Assembly: GCA_951804945.1 (NCBI GenBank)
Contig: OX638151.1
Coordinates: 122,264,001 to 122,328,000 of the forward strand
Source of the DNA: Podarcis cretensis
Lineage: Eukaryota
DNA: 64,000 nucleotides
Reading direction: 5' to 3'
Shown: piece by piece, positions 1 through 13,415 of the stretch
Layout of the letters: every line of letters begins with the position of its first letter
How positions within the stretch are numbered: the first letter of the stretch is position 1
Translations under genes and position numbers: made by a program
The notes under the pieces: model-generated
What the model was told of the DNA's origin: nothing
The model's input: only the letters and a program-made list of their open reading frames with translations
Database searches by the model: none

Positions 1-413
1 CAGACTATGTATCGCGGCCAACATATCAACATTATCAAAAAGATTCTTCCAATAAGTTATTGATTGTTTTTACCTATTATTGACATTTTTCACACACACC
101 CTCCCCAATTATCACAAAAAGATTGCAGGAGAACAGAAGTGGAAATTCCTTGAAGTTGTCTTCAAAAGTTCCTTTGCAAAAGCCACTGAGCCTCTGTGTT
201 CCTGTTTCCATTGTGCGTCTCTGACCTTACTTCCTTTAAAATAAAATAAAATGTGGGTGTGACCTACCTAGTATAATTCTTCCAAAGCCCAATCCAATAT
301 TTTAAAGCTAAAATTAAAATGTTTGTTTAAAAAGATTTCTCTCTCTGCTTTTCCTTTTATTTATTTTCCCCCTAATTTCATTAGCTTCCTTGTTTTTTGT
401 TTTTGTTTTTGTT
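1..413 (-). other. TFAP2B: TFAP2B 3' UTR (partial, probably continues beyond the window)
   Basis: AT-rich sequence directly downstream of the stop codon. Confidence 0.75.
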
Positions 414-776
<363 letters not shown>

Positions 777-1033
777 TCATTTTCAACACTTTGTAAGACA
801 TGTTTAGCGCAACCTTACAATTATAAAAATAATTCTCAGCATGTAAGGGAAATGTTCTTCCACCAAGCAGCTCAGGAGCTGGAGAGTCCTATTTTAACCT
901 CAAACAATCCAGGTTGAGAGACTGACAGAGGCCTTGTTAGCTGCTTAAAATATGGCTCTGGGCAGAGGCCCATGATGCAAGTAGCACGTGTTAATTTATA
1001 GATTTATAATTTATATATTTAGACTCCCTAGAA

Positions 1034-1226
1034 CAGGCGTGTCCAACTTCCAAGAGACTGTGATCTGCTCCCACTATAAATAAACTGGCAGTGATCTACC
1101 TATTGGATTGACTAGAGTTGTTGAGCTTTCTTTGGGGGACAATCAGGGTCCTGCGGTCGACCAGAATCGACCAGGTACATCACGCTATTGACAGGTAGAT
1201 CGCAGCCTTCCTGTTGGACACCCCTG
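1034..1226. mobile_element. hAT-type MITE
   Basis: TIR caggcgtgtccaac / gttggacacccctg (14 bp, 1 mismatch); 8-bp TSD ccctagaa / cgctagaa. Confidence 0.8.
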
Positions 1227-3301
1227 CGCTAGAATATACAAGAAAAAGCTCTCCTGGACCAGGCAAAAGTCCATCTAGCCCAGCATCCTGCTCTTACCAT
1301 GGTCAGCCAGATGCTTTTGGGAAGACTCAGAATAGGACCTCAGCACAACAGTACTCTCTCCACCTGTGTTGTCTGGCTACTGGCATTCAGTGGCATAGAC
1401 ATAACACCTACATTGAGGCAAGGAAGAAGGGCTACCCCTATGCTATTCACATAATCAGTTATCAGAAATCAATATATTCATATATGCTCACACATAATCA
1501 AGGCTTACAGTATTTTATAATCCATTTTGAATCAAAGGGAAGCTGTGCCTTAGCTAACTGCATACTGCTTGAAACAGCAAAAATTAAGAGCCGACCTTTC
1601 CCCTACAAACATCTGTGTACCCTGGACATGGGGAAGACGTGAATCAGAGATTCTGGTACAAAATCCCCTCAGATACAGGCTAAATTAATCCACAGATCAG
1701 GAAGAGCAAAACCACAAAATCTCCAAACCCCCTGTCCTGTCATAGCTAGGGGAGAGGTTAGACAGAGCGTCACTGCAAGCATCGGAAAGCAGAACTTGAA
1801 CTCGGTGTTTGACCAGTGCTTGACCAGGAGCTGGAAGCATGGCAAGAAGCTTGCTAATTGGCTGTTCTTTGCTGACAATATCGTGACTGTCTCATGGTTG
1901 TCTCATGATCTATGATTTGCTGTGATCTACTCAGGTATAAAGACCTCTGGATTTGTGTCAATCGGGGTCCCAGTTCCTTTTGGAAGAGATTCCAAACTGG
2001 GTCCTTATTGCCTGGCAATAAACTTCACCTTCATTTTCTCCATTTGCTGAGTCTGCCTGATCCTTATTTTGCACCCAGTGAGTACCTGCTCACGTTCACT
2101 TGCTTCAACATATGCATTTATATGTATACTATAGAGGTACATATAGGCAGACGTGCAGAGGGCCACATTTTGGTCCAAAGTCCACCAAAGAAGCAAACAG
2201 CTTATTAATACAAATAAAGATTAAATAAAAGTACAATAAAAACTTGCCGTCGGGGCTTATTGTATACTGTGGGGTCAAGACAGGATGTCCCGGGCCTGGT
2301 ACACCCCACCTGCAGTCTGTTAGCAAAAACTGCTGCTTATATTAAACCAAGGGTCTCTGGGCAAATTAAGATTGTGGGAGACTCAATGGCTCTATAGGCA
2401 GATTAAAAGGCAGGAGATCCGGGACTGTCCACCACCCACAGTGAGCCTCATGCATGCCAGGGAACTGATTGGGTTTAAAGAAACATGTATAAGCTGCCTT
2501 TCCAAGTGATACTCTGCCAAGGTGCCTTACATCTTAAACATCCAACAATATCAACAAATAAACAAGTGAAATTGCTAAACCCAGGATTCCTTGTAGGATC
2601 TGAACCCTCTCCATGCCCACACACAGTCCACTCTGCTACACCAGTCCTCAGGCGACTTGTTTGTTCTAAGGGGAAAGAGCTATTGCCTACTGGCTTTCTG
2701 CTTGCGGCAGTTATCCGCTGTCTGACATATCCTGAAGGATTTACACATCTGCATTTCAAAACATTGACTTGTTCTTTTTTCTGTTTTTGCGTTGTACATG
2801 ATCATTACAAGTGTCATTGCCAATATTTCACCTGAACCTGCAAATGTGCGGCATTTTCTACCAGGTGCTGGAGTTATACCATTTGATCCAGAGCTCTGTG
2901 TCAACTCCAGTACATTTCACAGAGCTTCTGCTAGAAGGGGAATCCATTGCTAGAAGGGGCCAAAAGCCCCCCAGAGCAAAAGACTGGATGTGTGGGTGTG
3001 TGATGAAATGGATTAAATAAAATAAACTTCGTCAACACCACTCACACACCAGTCCTCCCCTCCTCAAACAGCCTGTTCAATCTGATCTCCAGTGTGCCAG
3101 CAGCAGAACAGCAGTGCACTGCAGGGAAAGGTATCTGAAGATAACATTAGTGAGAAAAATCAAGCCATGCACTGGAACTGATATGTTCCTTACACATAAT
3201 CCCTCCCCTCCTCAAAATTCTTAAACTTGTTGAGAAAGCAAGCCATGCACACACATGCTGAGCAGTGGTTATGGTACTAAGCTACAATGGATTTAACACA
3301 T

Positions 3302-3364
3302 GAAGAAGAAGAAGAAGAAGAAGAAGAAGAAGAAGAAGAAGAAGAAGAAGAAGAAGAAGAAGAA
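3302..3364. repeat. (GAA)21 microsatellite
   Basis: Direct reading. Confidence 0.97.
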
Positions 3365-4405
3365 TTTTCAGGGTGATTGATCATTGAAATAAAGACAAAC
3401 CCTCAGGGAGGGAAGTCACTATAGTTTTTATTTTACAGATCAGGAACACAGATTTGTGGAAGCTTACCCAAGATGCCCATGGTTGAGCAGTAGTTTGAAT
3501 ACAGCAGCTACTCTTATCTATTAAAATGACTATAATTTAACTTTGTATACCGCCCTTCCTCCATAGATCTCAGAGCGGTTCACAACATAAAATGCAAGGG
3601 ATTCTCAAAGCCTGCAACAGTGAACCTCCCTAATTCACTAAAAACATTCCTAAACTGCATGAGTGGTATCTCTCATTCAAATTTCAGGGCAGTCAGAGCA
3701 AAAGGCGGCTAACCTACTACATGGTAGGGGGTGAGGTGCCCCAAATAAATTCAAAGTTTGCAAAAAAAAAGTATAATGGTTACTACATAGGCATTATAGA
3801 TCGACTGACTCATAGAATGGAGTAAGCAAGGAGTGTGTCTCCTGGTCAAATCTGTCTCAGTCAAAATAGTGCACACACAGCTGAACTAGGAAGGACCAAG
3901 GAATGAACCCAAGAAGCTAGCCACATATTTCTGAAATAAACACCAACCTTAGGGAAGCAGAGCAGTAGCTCACAATGCTTCCTTCACATGACATCACATA
4001 CCTGATCCATTCTGCTCAGCTGGAGTTACCATGCCAGCAGAGAAGTCTTAGCAAGTCAAATTGTTTTAATTGCTTTTCCCAACCCATTCTTTTCAAAAAT
4101 GCATTATCAAATTGGCACAAGGGTCATGGACTACACATTAAGTGCAACAAGTTGCAGAATCCCACTGTCTTCTGTGCATTTGTTGGTGGTGCGGAAAACT
4201 AGGGAGCAAACCATTCTACTTAGCCTTCTTTCTGACAAGCTAACCCTCTGTGAGCAGAAACGCCCAAGGTGAAGGAAGCCTAGGCCTGCAGTCAGAAGTG
4301 ATAAAACCAAAACATGGACATATCACCACGTTTGTGTGTGACAACAGGGCTTATCCACACACTGAGCCTGGGATTTGTTGCTCTCTCGCTAGTGTTAATC
4401 TAACA

Positions 4406-4989
4406 CAGGGGTGCCCAAACTTTTTTTAAAGAGGGCCATATTTGATGAAGTGAACATGCATGTAAAGGTAAGGGTAAATGGGCCCCTGACCATTAGGTCC
4501 AGTTGTGGCTGACTCTGGGGTTGTGGCGCTCATCTCGCTTTATTGGCCGAGGGAGCCAGCGTACAGATTCCGGGTCATGTGGCCAGCATGACTAAGCCAC
4601 TTCTGGCAAACCAGAGCAGCACACGGAAACACTGTTTACCTTCCTGCCAGAGTGGTACCTATTTATCTACTTGCACTTTGACATGCTTTCGAACTGCTAG
4701 GTTGGCAGGAGCAGGGACCGAGCAACGGGAGCTCACCCCGTCACGGGGAATCGAACCACCGACCTTCTGATCGGCAAGTCCTAGGCTCTGTGGTTTAACC
4801 CTCAGCGCCACCCGCGTCCCTTGAACATGCATGAGTGCCGACCAAAGAAGTTGTTGACCTTTTTAGGATGTTACCCCAAAGTTGTTGACGTCTTTTTTAA
4901 GAACCCCGGGAAGGAACTGCCTGTGGGAGCCGGATTAAACTGACCGGCGGGCCAGATTAGGCCCCCGAAACAGACTTTGGACATGACTG
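4406..4989. mobile_element. Degenerate hAT-type MITE interrupted by a Sauria SINE
   Basis: Ends caggggtgcccaaact and ctttggacatgactg are partial TIRs; no clear TSD. Confidence 0.55.
4463..4821 (-). mobile_element. Sauria SINE (full length)
   Basis: tRNA-like head gggacgcgggtggcgctg on minus strand, (ACCTTT)-type tail, 12-bp TSD tgaacatgcatg at 4451-4462 and 4822-4833. Confidence 0.92.
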
Positions 4990-5309
4990 ATAATGGGAGG
5001 TAGTAATTTATAATTACTTCCATAGCAACCCAGTAGTGCAAGACCTAACATGAAATATCTTCTAGGGGTAGACAGAGTTCAAAGGGGAGGGGAGAACTGT
5101 GGCAGACATGCCTCCAGGTGTGGCATTCTGGGCATACAGTCAAGGAAGCACATGAGGGTGACAAGTTACAGAAGCTGAACACTAGCAGGTCTAACCTACA
5201 TGGATCCATTCTGTCTTATGTGGTTCTGTTTATTGGTTGGCCCTTTATGATTATCTGCTGTTATGCCAAGAGAAAAAAAGAAGGCAAGTAGCAAACAGAT
5301 ATACACTTG

Positions 5310-5311
<2 letters not shown>

Positions 5312-5344
<33 letters not shown>
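5312..5344. repeat. (GT)n microsatellite
   Basis: Direct reading. Confidence 0.95.
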
Positions 5345-5345
<1 letters not shown>

Positions 5346-5477
5346 ACCCTCTCTCATTTTAAGAACTGAAGCTTCAAAGTCTAAGGAGCTTTCGGTACAC
5401 TCAGGTATATTTAAATGAATGTACCTCTTTTGACACTCTCTTTTGATGCCATACCCTGACTCACGCTGCCACACATA

Positions 5478-6956
5478 GTAATAATAATAATAATAATTTA
5501 TTATTTATACCCTGCCCATCTGGCTGGGCTTCCCCAGCCACTCTGGGTGGCTTCCAACAAAATATTAAAATACAGTAATGCATCAAACATTAAAAGCTTC
5601 CCTAAGCTTCTCTCTGGTCGGGGACAGAGGGTGGCGCTTGGGGGGGGGGAATTGTCATTGCGCCACTCCTTGGTGTGTGGAGTGCCTCAGGGTGCGATTC
5701 TCTCCCCGATGCTTTTTAACATCTTTATGCGCCCCCTCGCCCAGCTTGTCCGGAGTTTTGGGCTGGGTTGCCATCAGTATGCCGATGACACCCAACTCTA
5801 TCTGTTGATGGATGGCCATCCTGACTTGGCCCCAGACACACTGACCAGATGTCTGGAAGCTGTGGCTGGATGGTTACATGGGAGCCGGTTGAAGTTAAAT
5901 CCTTTGAAGACAGAGGTCCTCTGGCTGGGACGGGGCGATATGGGATTGAGGAGGCAACTCCCATCTCTTGCGGGAGTGCAATTAGTGCCAGCATCATCCG
6001 TTAAGAGTTTGGGTGTAATCTTCGATACCTCCCTCTCTATGGAGGCACAGATTACAACTATAACAAAGGCAGCATTTTTTCATCTCCGCCAAGCTAAGCA
6101 GTTGGCTCCTTATCTCTCTCGCCCTGACCTAGCCACTGTGATCCACGCGACGGTCACCTCCAGACTGGATTATTGTAACTCGCTCTACGTGGGGCTACCC
6201 TTGAGACTGACCCAGAAACTCCAGCGGGTGCAGAATGCCACGGCAAGACTCCTTACAGGGTCTTCGCTGCGAGATCACATTCATCCGGTACTATACCAGC
6301 TGCACTGGCTCCCGGTGGAGTACAGGATCGGGTTTAAGGTGCTGGTTTTAACCTTCAAAGCCCTATACGGCCTAGGACCCTCGTACCTACGGGACTGCCT
6401 CTCCTGGTATGTCCCACAGAGGAACTTACGGTCTGTAAATAAAAACATCTTGAAGATCCCAGGCCACAGAGAGGTTAGGCTGGCCTCAACTAGAGCCAGG
6501 GCCTTTTCGGCCGCGGCTCCAATCTGGTGGAACACTCTGTCACAAGAGACTAGGGCCCTGCGGGACTTGACATCTTTCCGCAGGGCCTGCAAGACAGAGC
6601 TGTTCCACCAGGCCTTTGGTCAGGGCGCAGCCTGACCCCCCTCCTCTGGCACAGAATCTGCACAGAATTTTGCTTATTGGTTGCCATCAATTTGATTTTA
6701 ATTAATTTTTATAATGAAATGTTTTTAGAATCAGTGGATTATTTTGATTGTCGTTAGCCGCCCTGAGCCCAGCTTCAGCTGGGGAGGATGGGATATAAAT
6801 AAAATTTATTATTATTATTATTATTAAACAGGGCTGCCTTCAGATGTCTTCTAAAAGTCTGGTAGTTGTTGTTCTCTTTGATATCTGGTGGGAGGGTGTT
6901 CCACAGGATGGCTGCCACTACCGAGAAGGTCCTCTGCCTGGTTCCCTGTAACCTCA
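5478..6956 (-). mobile_element. L2-type LINE 3' fragment split into 5478-5605 and 6825-6956 by another L2
   Basis: (TAA)n tail at the left end. aaaagcttccctaa and aaacagggctgccttcagatgtc rejoin into the motif seen uninterrupted at ~18918-18955. The right part encodes RTFSVVAAILWNTLP. Confidence 0.75.
5606..6824 (+). mobile_element. 5'-truncated L2-clade LINE with open RT C-terminal frame
   Basis: ORF 5547..6635 contains GVPQGAILSPMLFNI, HQYADDTQLY, SRLDYCNSL and LHWLPV; 3' UTR ends in a (TTA)n tail. Confidence 0.9.
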
Positions 6957-7531
6957 GAACTGCAATCATAGGTTGCTGTTCATCTCCCATTGAACTCAGA
7001 AGCATTGTAATTTGCACAGTTTATAAGCTTAGTTTAAAAAGCAGTTGAAGGAGAAGAGGGAAAAGGCTGGGAAAAAAACGGTGAGTGGGAAAGCATCCTT
7101 TTCCCACCCTTGGAAACTCATCAAGCTGCTGTACTTAGAACTGGGTGTGGAGAGGATAGCTGGCTGCTGAAAAGGATATGGTTGTGGGCAGCCTGAGGAT
7201 GCTTCATCCACCTTGGGTCTGCCCATAAAAAACAAGCCTAAAAGACTAGGCAATGTCAGCAGCAGTTTCTAGGAACCTTCCCTTTGTGAGATTTTTGAGG
7301 GAGAGATATGAGTTTGTTTGGGCCCTGGGTGAGAGCCAGGAATCTGAGAGATAAGATGACATTGGTTTTTAATATTAGTAATTTTGTATCAAGGAAACAT
7401 TTTTATATTGCAAAATTTGTTGATGCTTAAGTTGTATGTTTTTGCTTTGATTTTCTGTACACCACATAGTGATATTCTTATATATTAAGTGGTATAAAAT
7501 CAACAAATCATGTCCTCCCTAAAAGAGGGCA

Positions 7532-8305
7532 TGTGCTGCGGTGAGACCTGGAGACCAAACTCCTGTGTTGTGGGTTGTGTTATGGATTGGACAGCCATAA
7601 CACCCGATTGGTAAGTCCCTCGATGATGGGTTCAATCTGGCCAATGGGGCACAGTTCAAACAGATTGAGGGACCTATATATACCTATGCACGTGACCCAG
7701 AGCTCCCTCTTTCAGCTTGTGCATTCAGAACACCCGCCCACCTCTCCCTACTTTCAGGGCAATTCTGCGATTGATCTTGCTATGTCGTTGTGTGTCATCT
7801 GTCATTGGGACAGAGGCACAGTAGGAATTTTTCCCACTTGGCTGATTGGCTGTTGCCATTTAGGTTTTCGCCTGCCACGTAGCAAATCGTCACAACTTGT
7901 AAGGTCGCGGATAGGCTCTGGTTCAGGTGATAGGGATGGGAGAAGGCTCTCACCATCCCTATGAGAAGGGTATTCCAGTAAAGGAATCCAGGGACTCAAC
8001 TGGTTTGGTCAACCCCTGAGAGGGGGTTGTGCCCGTGCCTGAGTCCAGGGGGGCATCTGGGTGGTGAACATAGTCTGTTCCCGGCTTTTCGCCTACCCAG
8101 GTGTTCACCCTTGGCTGACCTATGCTGGTGCCCTGGGTCAGCGCTGCCTGCAAGTATGCAGGGAGCTAGTCGAACCAGAGCCTATGCAACCACTCACCTT
8201 CTGTAATCAATAAAGTTGTGGCCTAAATTCTGCCAAAAACCAAAACTAAAATTTGAATCAAGTGTGACTTTATTTAGGGGAGAGATCTCTGGGTCTGAAC
8301 ACGCA
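7532..8305 (+). mobile_element. Putative solo LTR
   Basis: TATA-like ctatatata ~7674, AATAAA ~8208, loosely inverted TG..CA ends; no TSD found. Confidence 0.35.
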
Positions 8306-8818
8306 AATAAGCCACCTGCCAGAGCAAGCCCCAAAGGTCTTCTGTGCGTGCACACACATAGTAGAAATCTGAAAATTTTGTTTAGTTTTACAATTGCAGT
8401 CATTCTTCACCATTGTTGTTACAACCTATAGTCTAGAGGCTAAATGAACACATAAAAATAAATACATTAGGAGCCCTAGCCTTTGGGGGCACATCTTCAA
8501 AGGCCTTGACAAATGCAGAAATAACCAGTACCCATTCCGTCAAGCCCACATTTCACAGTGGGCCTGTGACCACGTTTTATGAATAAGCAGCCCAAGTGGT
8601 ACCAGTATTCTTGAGGGATGTGATGCAAGTGGTGTGCTCTAGGATGTCTTGCTAGGAGAGACAATGTGGCACTGCCGCTGCTGGAGTATTGATTTGCCAT
8701 GTGAAGAACCCTCATTCAAAATGCTGCTCAGCCATGAATTCTTCTGAACAATTCACTACTTCTCAGCCTAATAATCTACCTCATAGGGTTGTCGGAAGAG
8801 GAAAATAAGATTGTCAAT

Positions 8819-9402
8819 TGTAAGAAAAGGAAAATGTCACTTTTTCATAAAAGGTCAGAAGGCCTCAAACAGTTGCAACACCTGGGTAGAAGGTTGCAAC
8901 AGCTAAAAAACTGCAGACTCGCTTGGGTGCTTGGGGTTAGAACGCCAGAAAACAGGGTGGCTTGCTGCTAGAATGTGGCTTATCTTGACACTTCAGCAGG
9001 GTAGGACTTGTGTATGCCTAAGGCGTGGTCGGGATGTGGCTTTATTGCTTGGGTAGAAGTGTGAGAGCATAGGAACACGCTTCCTTATTTTGGCAAAAGT
9101 AATTAAGGGTAATGGTCCCTGAATTCAGGGGAATGGGAGATGTCAACAGGGGAGGAGATTTTAGTATTTTAATTAGGAGGTTGTGATAGGCTGTAACCCA
9201 GTGGAGGACAGGGGACGTAACTTTTCGCTCAAAGGAAGGTGATATAAACTTGTGTTTTGCTGAATTTGGGTGTCCCTGCTTTGGACACCCATCCTTGCAA
9301 GCAATTAATGAACCTTTGCTGCTTCACCAACTTTGCTCAGACTTTATTTTAAGGGTCCATCCCAGGACCCCGAGTCTTGGGACAGGTGTTTTATATCCAA
9401 CA
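8819..9402 (+). mobile_element. Putative solo LTR
   Basis: TG...CA ends, 5-bp flanks tcaat/tcact, TATA-like gatataaa ~9241. Confidence 0.45.
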
Positions 9403-9827
9403 TCACTGTACATCAACCTGAGATCCCTGGTGAGCTTCAGTTACAGTCTGTTGACAGGAAACACTTTTACATTTCCTTTTTACATTTACATTTTGCTTTT
9501 ACATTTGTAACACTACACATCTACCTTTCATTACTTTTCCTCTCTTCCCTACTCCAACTATTTTTCTTCTGTCTCTGAGAAACTAAACACACACAAATAA
9601 GTAAAACAGCAGTGCTAACTCTGATGCGGCTCAATGCCCAACACAGCTTAGGACACAGTTGAAGTCCAGTGTGGTGAACATTATGTGCTACTACACAGAC
9701 CAATATAGAGCATGAAAGCAAAAACCACACCAGGATAAACCAGGAAGAATGCTTTAGCACATGATGAAAAAAAGATTTTAAAACCATGGGGATATTTTAT
9801 TCATTGTTCAGTTATAGAATCATAGAA

Positions 9828-12200
9828 TCATAGAGTTGGAAGAGACCACAAGGGCCATCGAGTCCAACCCCCTGCCAAGCAGGAAACACCATCAGAGCAC
9901 TCCTGACATATGGTTGTCAAGCTCTGCTTAAAGACCTCCAAAGAAGGAGACTCCACCACACTCCTTGGCAGCAAATTCCACTGTCGAACAGCTCTTACTG
10001 TCAGGTAGCTCTTCCTAATGTTTAGGTGGAATCTTCTTTCTTGTAGTTTGGATCCATTGCTCCGTTTCCGCTTCTCTGGAGCAGCAGAAAACAACCTTTC
10101 TCCCTCCTCTATGTGACATCCTTTTATATATTTGAACATGGCTATCATATCACCCCTTAACCTCCTCTTCTCCAGGCTAAACATGCCCAGCTCCCTTAGC
10201 AGTTCCTCATAAGGCATCATTTCCAGGCCTTTGACCATTTTGGTTGCCCTCCTCTGGACACGTTTCAGTTTGTCAGTGTCCTTCTTGAACTGTGGTGCCC
10301 AGAACTGGACACAGTACTCCAGGTGAGGTCTGACCAGAGCAGAATACAGTGGCACTATTACTTCCCTTGATCGATGAGCACCCTTTGGGTTCGGTCAGTC
10401 AGCCAGTTACAAATCCACTGAGTGGTAGCATAGTCAAGTCCGCATTTTATCAGCTTCTTTACAAGAATATCATGGGGCACCTTGTCAAATGCCTTGCTGA
10501 GATCAAGGTAGGCTACATCCACTGCGTTCCCTTCATCTACCAGGGTTGTAATTCTGTCAAAAAACGAGATCAGGTTAGTCTGACATGACTTCTTTTTCAG
10601 AAATCCATGCTGACTATTGGTGATCACAGAATTCCTTTCTAGGTGCTCACAGAGTGTTTTGCTTAATGATCTGCTCCAGAATCTTCCCTGGTATTGATGT
10701 CAGACTGATTGGGCGGTAATTATTTGGGTCCTCTCTTTTCCCCTTTTTGAAGATAGGGACAACATTTGCCCTCCTCCAGTCTGCTGGGACTTCGCCTGTT
10801 CTCCAGGAATTCTCAAAGATGACTGCCAGTGGTTCTGAGATCACATCTGCCAGTTCTTTTAATACTCTTGGATGTAGTTCATCTGGCCCTGGAGACTTGA
10901 ATACATCTAAACTAGCCAAGGATTCTTGTACTATCTCCTTAGTTATTCTGGGCTGTGTTTCCTCTGCTGAATCATTTGCTCCAAATTCTTCAGGTCGGGC
11001 ATTGTTTTCTTTATCGGAGAAGACTGAGGCAAAGAAGGCATTGAGGAGTTCAGCCCTTTCTGTGTCCCCTGTTTGCATTTCACCATCTTCTCCTCTGAGT
11101 GACCCCACTGTTTCTTTGTTCTTCCTTTTGCTACAAACATACCCATAAAAGCCTTTTTTGTTGCTTTTAACCACTCTAGCAAGCCTGAGTTCATTCTGTG
11201 CTTTAGCTTTTCTGACTTTGTGTCTACACGTGCTTGCTATTTGTTTGAATTCCTCTTTGGTGGTTTCCCCCCTTTTCCATTTTTTGTACACATCCTTTTT
11301 TAATCTTAACTCAGTTAAAAGTTCTTTAGATAGCCACCCTGGCTTCTTTAGGCACCTTCCATGTTTCCGTCTCATTGGTATTGCCTGAAGTTGTGCTTTT
11401 ACTATCTCCCTCTTAACAAACTCCCAGCCATTATGAACTCCCTTTCCTTTTAGTATTACTGTCCATGGGATCTCACCCAGCACTTTATGAAGTCGGCTTT
11501 CTTAAAGTCAAGAAATTGAGTCCTAGTATGCTTGGCTGCTCCTTTCCGCTGTATAGTAAACTTCAGAAGAGCATGATCACTCGCGCCTAATGATCCTTCC
11601 ACTTCTACCCCACTAACCAGGTCATCAACATAGGTTAGGACCAGATCTAAAATGGCTGTTCCTCTTGTTGCTTCTCCCACTTTCTGGACAATGAAGTTGT
11701 CTGCAAGGCCAGTGAGGAATCTGTTTGATCTTATGCTCTTGGCTGAGTTTGACATCCAACAAATATCCGGGTAATTGAAGCCCCCCATTACTACTATCTC
11801 CCTTCCTTTTGCATGCTTGGCCATCTGTTCCAGGAAGGCATCATCTATGTCCTCTGTTTGGCTTGGGGATCTATAGTAAACTCCCACAATGAGGTCACTG
11901 TTATTCTTCTCTCCCTTAATTTTGACCCAAATGCTCTCACTTTGGCTTTGAGGTTCTAAATCTTGGATCTCTTCACAGGTATACACATCCCTGACATATA
12001 ACGCCACTCCTTCTCCTTTCTTGTCTGGTCTGTTTCTCTGAAATAGATTGTATCCCTCCATTATTACATTCCAATCGTGGGACTTATCCCACCAGGTTTT
12101 AGTGATGCCTATTATGTCATATTTAGTTTGCTGTACCAAGAGCTCAAGCTCATCTTGTTTATTTCCCATGCCTTGCGCATTAGTGCACAGACATTAATCA
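9828..12200 (-). pseudogene. CR1 ORF2 (endonuclease + RT), disrupted
   Basis: VGVYYRSP, ILDLVLT, SDH; KSPGPDELHPRVLKEL; LDLSKAFDKVPH; [15 protein letters not shown]. Confidence 0.88.
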
Positions 12201-12352
12201 TTCCCCCGTGTCTCTTATTTAAGGATTTTTTCCTCCCACCACTAGGTCTGCGTGCTGTTTGCTCCATTTGGTCTATGACATTTGGATGATCATCTTCATC
12301 AATTGATAAAGACTCCTACCTTCAGGAGCACTGTCTCCCTCCCCCACATTAG

Positions 12353-13415
12353 TCAGTTTAAAGCCCTCCTGTGAGGTTTCTGAGATTTTTGGCAAAAACA
12401 TTCCTCCCAACTGTTGTGAGGTGCAGCCCATCGCTTGCCAGAAGTCCATCTTCAAGAAACTGCAGTCCGTGACCTAAGAATCCAAACCGTTCCTGTTTAC
12501 ACCATTTGCGAAGCCAGCTGTTCACTTCCACTATTTTTTCCTCTCTCCCTGGGCCACTGGGAGGACAGATGAGATGACAATTTGTGCATTTAATTGCTTC
12601 AATTTCCTGCCCAGAGCCTCGTAGTCTCTTTTGATCTTCTGGAGGCTATTGCTTGCAGTGTCATTGGTTCCCACATGAACCAAGAGGAAGGGGTATTTGT
12701 CAGTGGGTTTTATGATTCCTTGCAGTCGTTCAGTTACATCTTGGATCTTAGCCCCGGGGAGACAGCACACTTCCCGAGACATCTTGTCAGGCCCACAGAT
12801 CACTGCTTCTGTTCCCCTCAGTAGGGAATCCCCTATCATCACTACACGCCTCCTCTTAGGTTTGGTCGGGGTTCTTCCGTGAGCTGTCCGTTCCAAGGTC
12901 GCCTGCACATTCCCTGAGGGCTGACTTTGCTGCTCATCTTCATATACCTGATCAACTGTAATGAGGGAGAGATCCTCAAATGGAGTCTGCTCTTCGTCTT
13001 CCATACTAGGGGAGAGGACCTCAAAGCGATTGTGTATTTCTAAACAATCAGAGCGAACCCTGGGCCTCCTACTTCTTTGAGTCACATTTCTCCATATATC
13101 TGGCTCCTGTGTTGGTGAATTAGCCTCCTTCTCAGGGGAGTCCCCTGTCTCCTCCTTGGTGGAGACGGTGTGCTCTGTTGCTTCCAAGAAGAGCTCCAGC
13201 TCTCTAATTCTTTGGAGCGTAGCTACACGTTCCTCCAGTTGCTGGACTTTGTCTTCTAAGAGGGCAATCAACATGCAATTGCTGCAGGTAAAGCTGCCTG
13301 CAACCTTTGGCAAGATGGCAAACATTGTGCAGGAACCACAGGCGACTGCAGCTGTTCCCTCACCCTCCATCTTGAGAACGTGTCGTTGGGGGTGGCTACA
13401 GCGGTCCTCCATCAT
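12353..13415 (-). pseudogene. CR1 ORF1 (zinc-finger-like, coiled coil, esterase), frameshifted near 12555
   Basis: ACGSC..TCSNC, IGDSLLRG and VHVGTND motifs; the frame resumes with NSWLRKWC...DGLHLT and ends RRALN*. Confidence 0.85.

Noticed and set aside
5547-6635. 362-aa ORF as a host gene or domesticated RT
   Set aside because: 5'-truncated L2 fragment with a chimeric, non-ATG N-terminus from a neighbouring repeat
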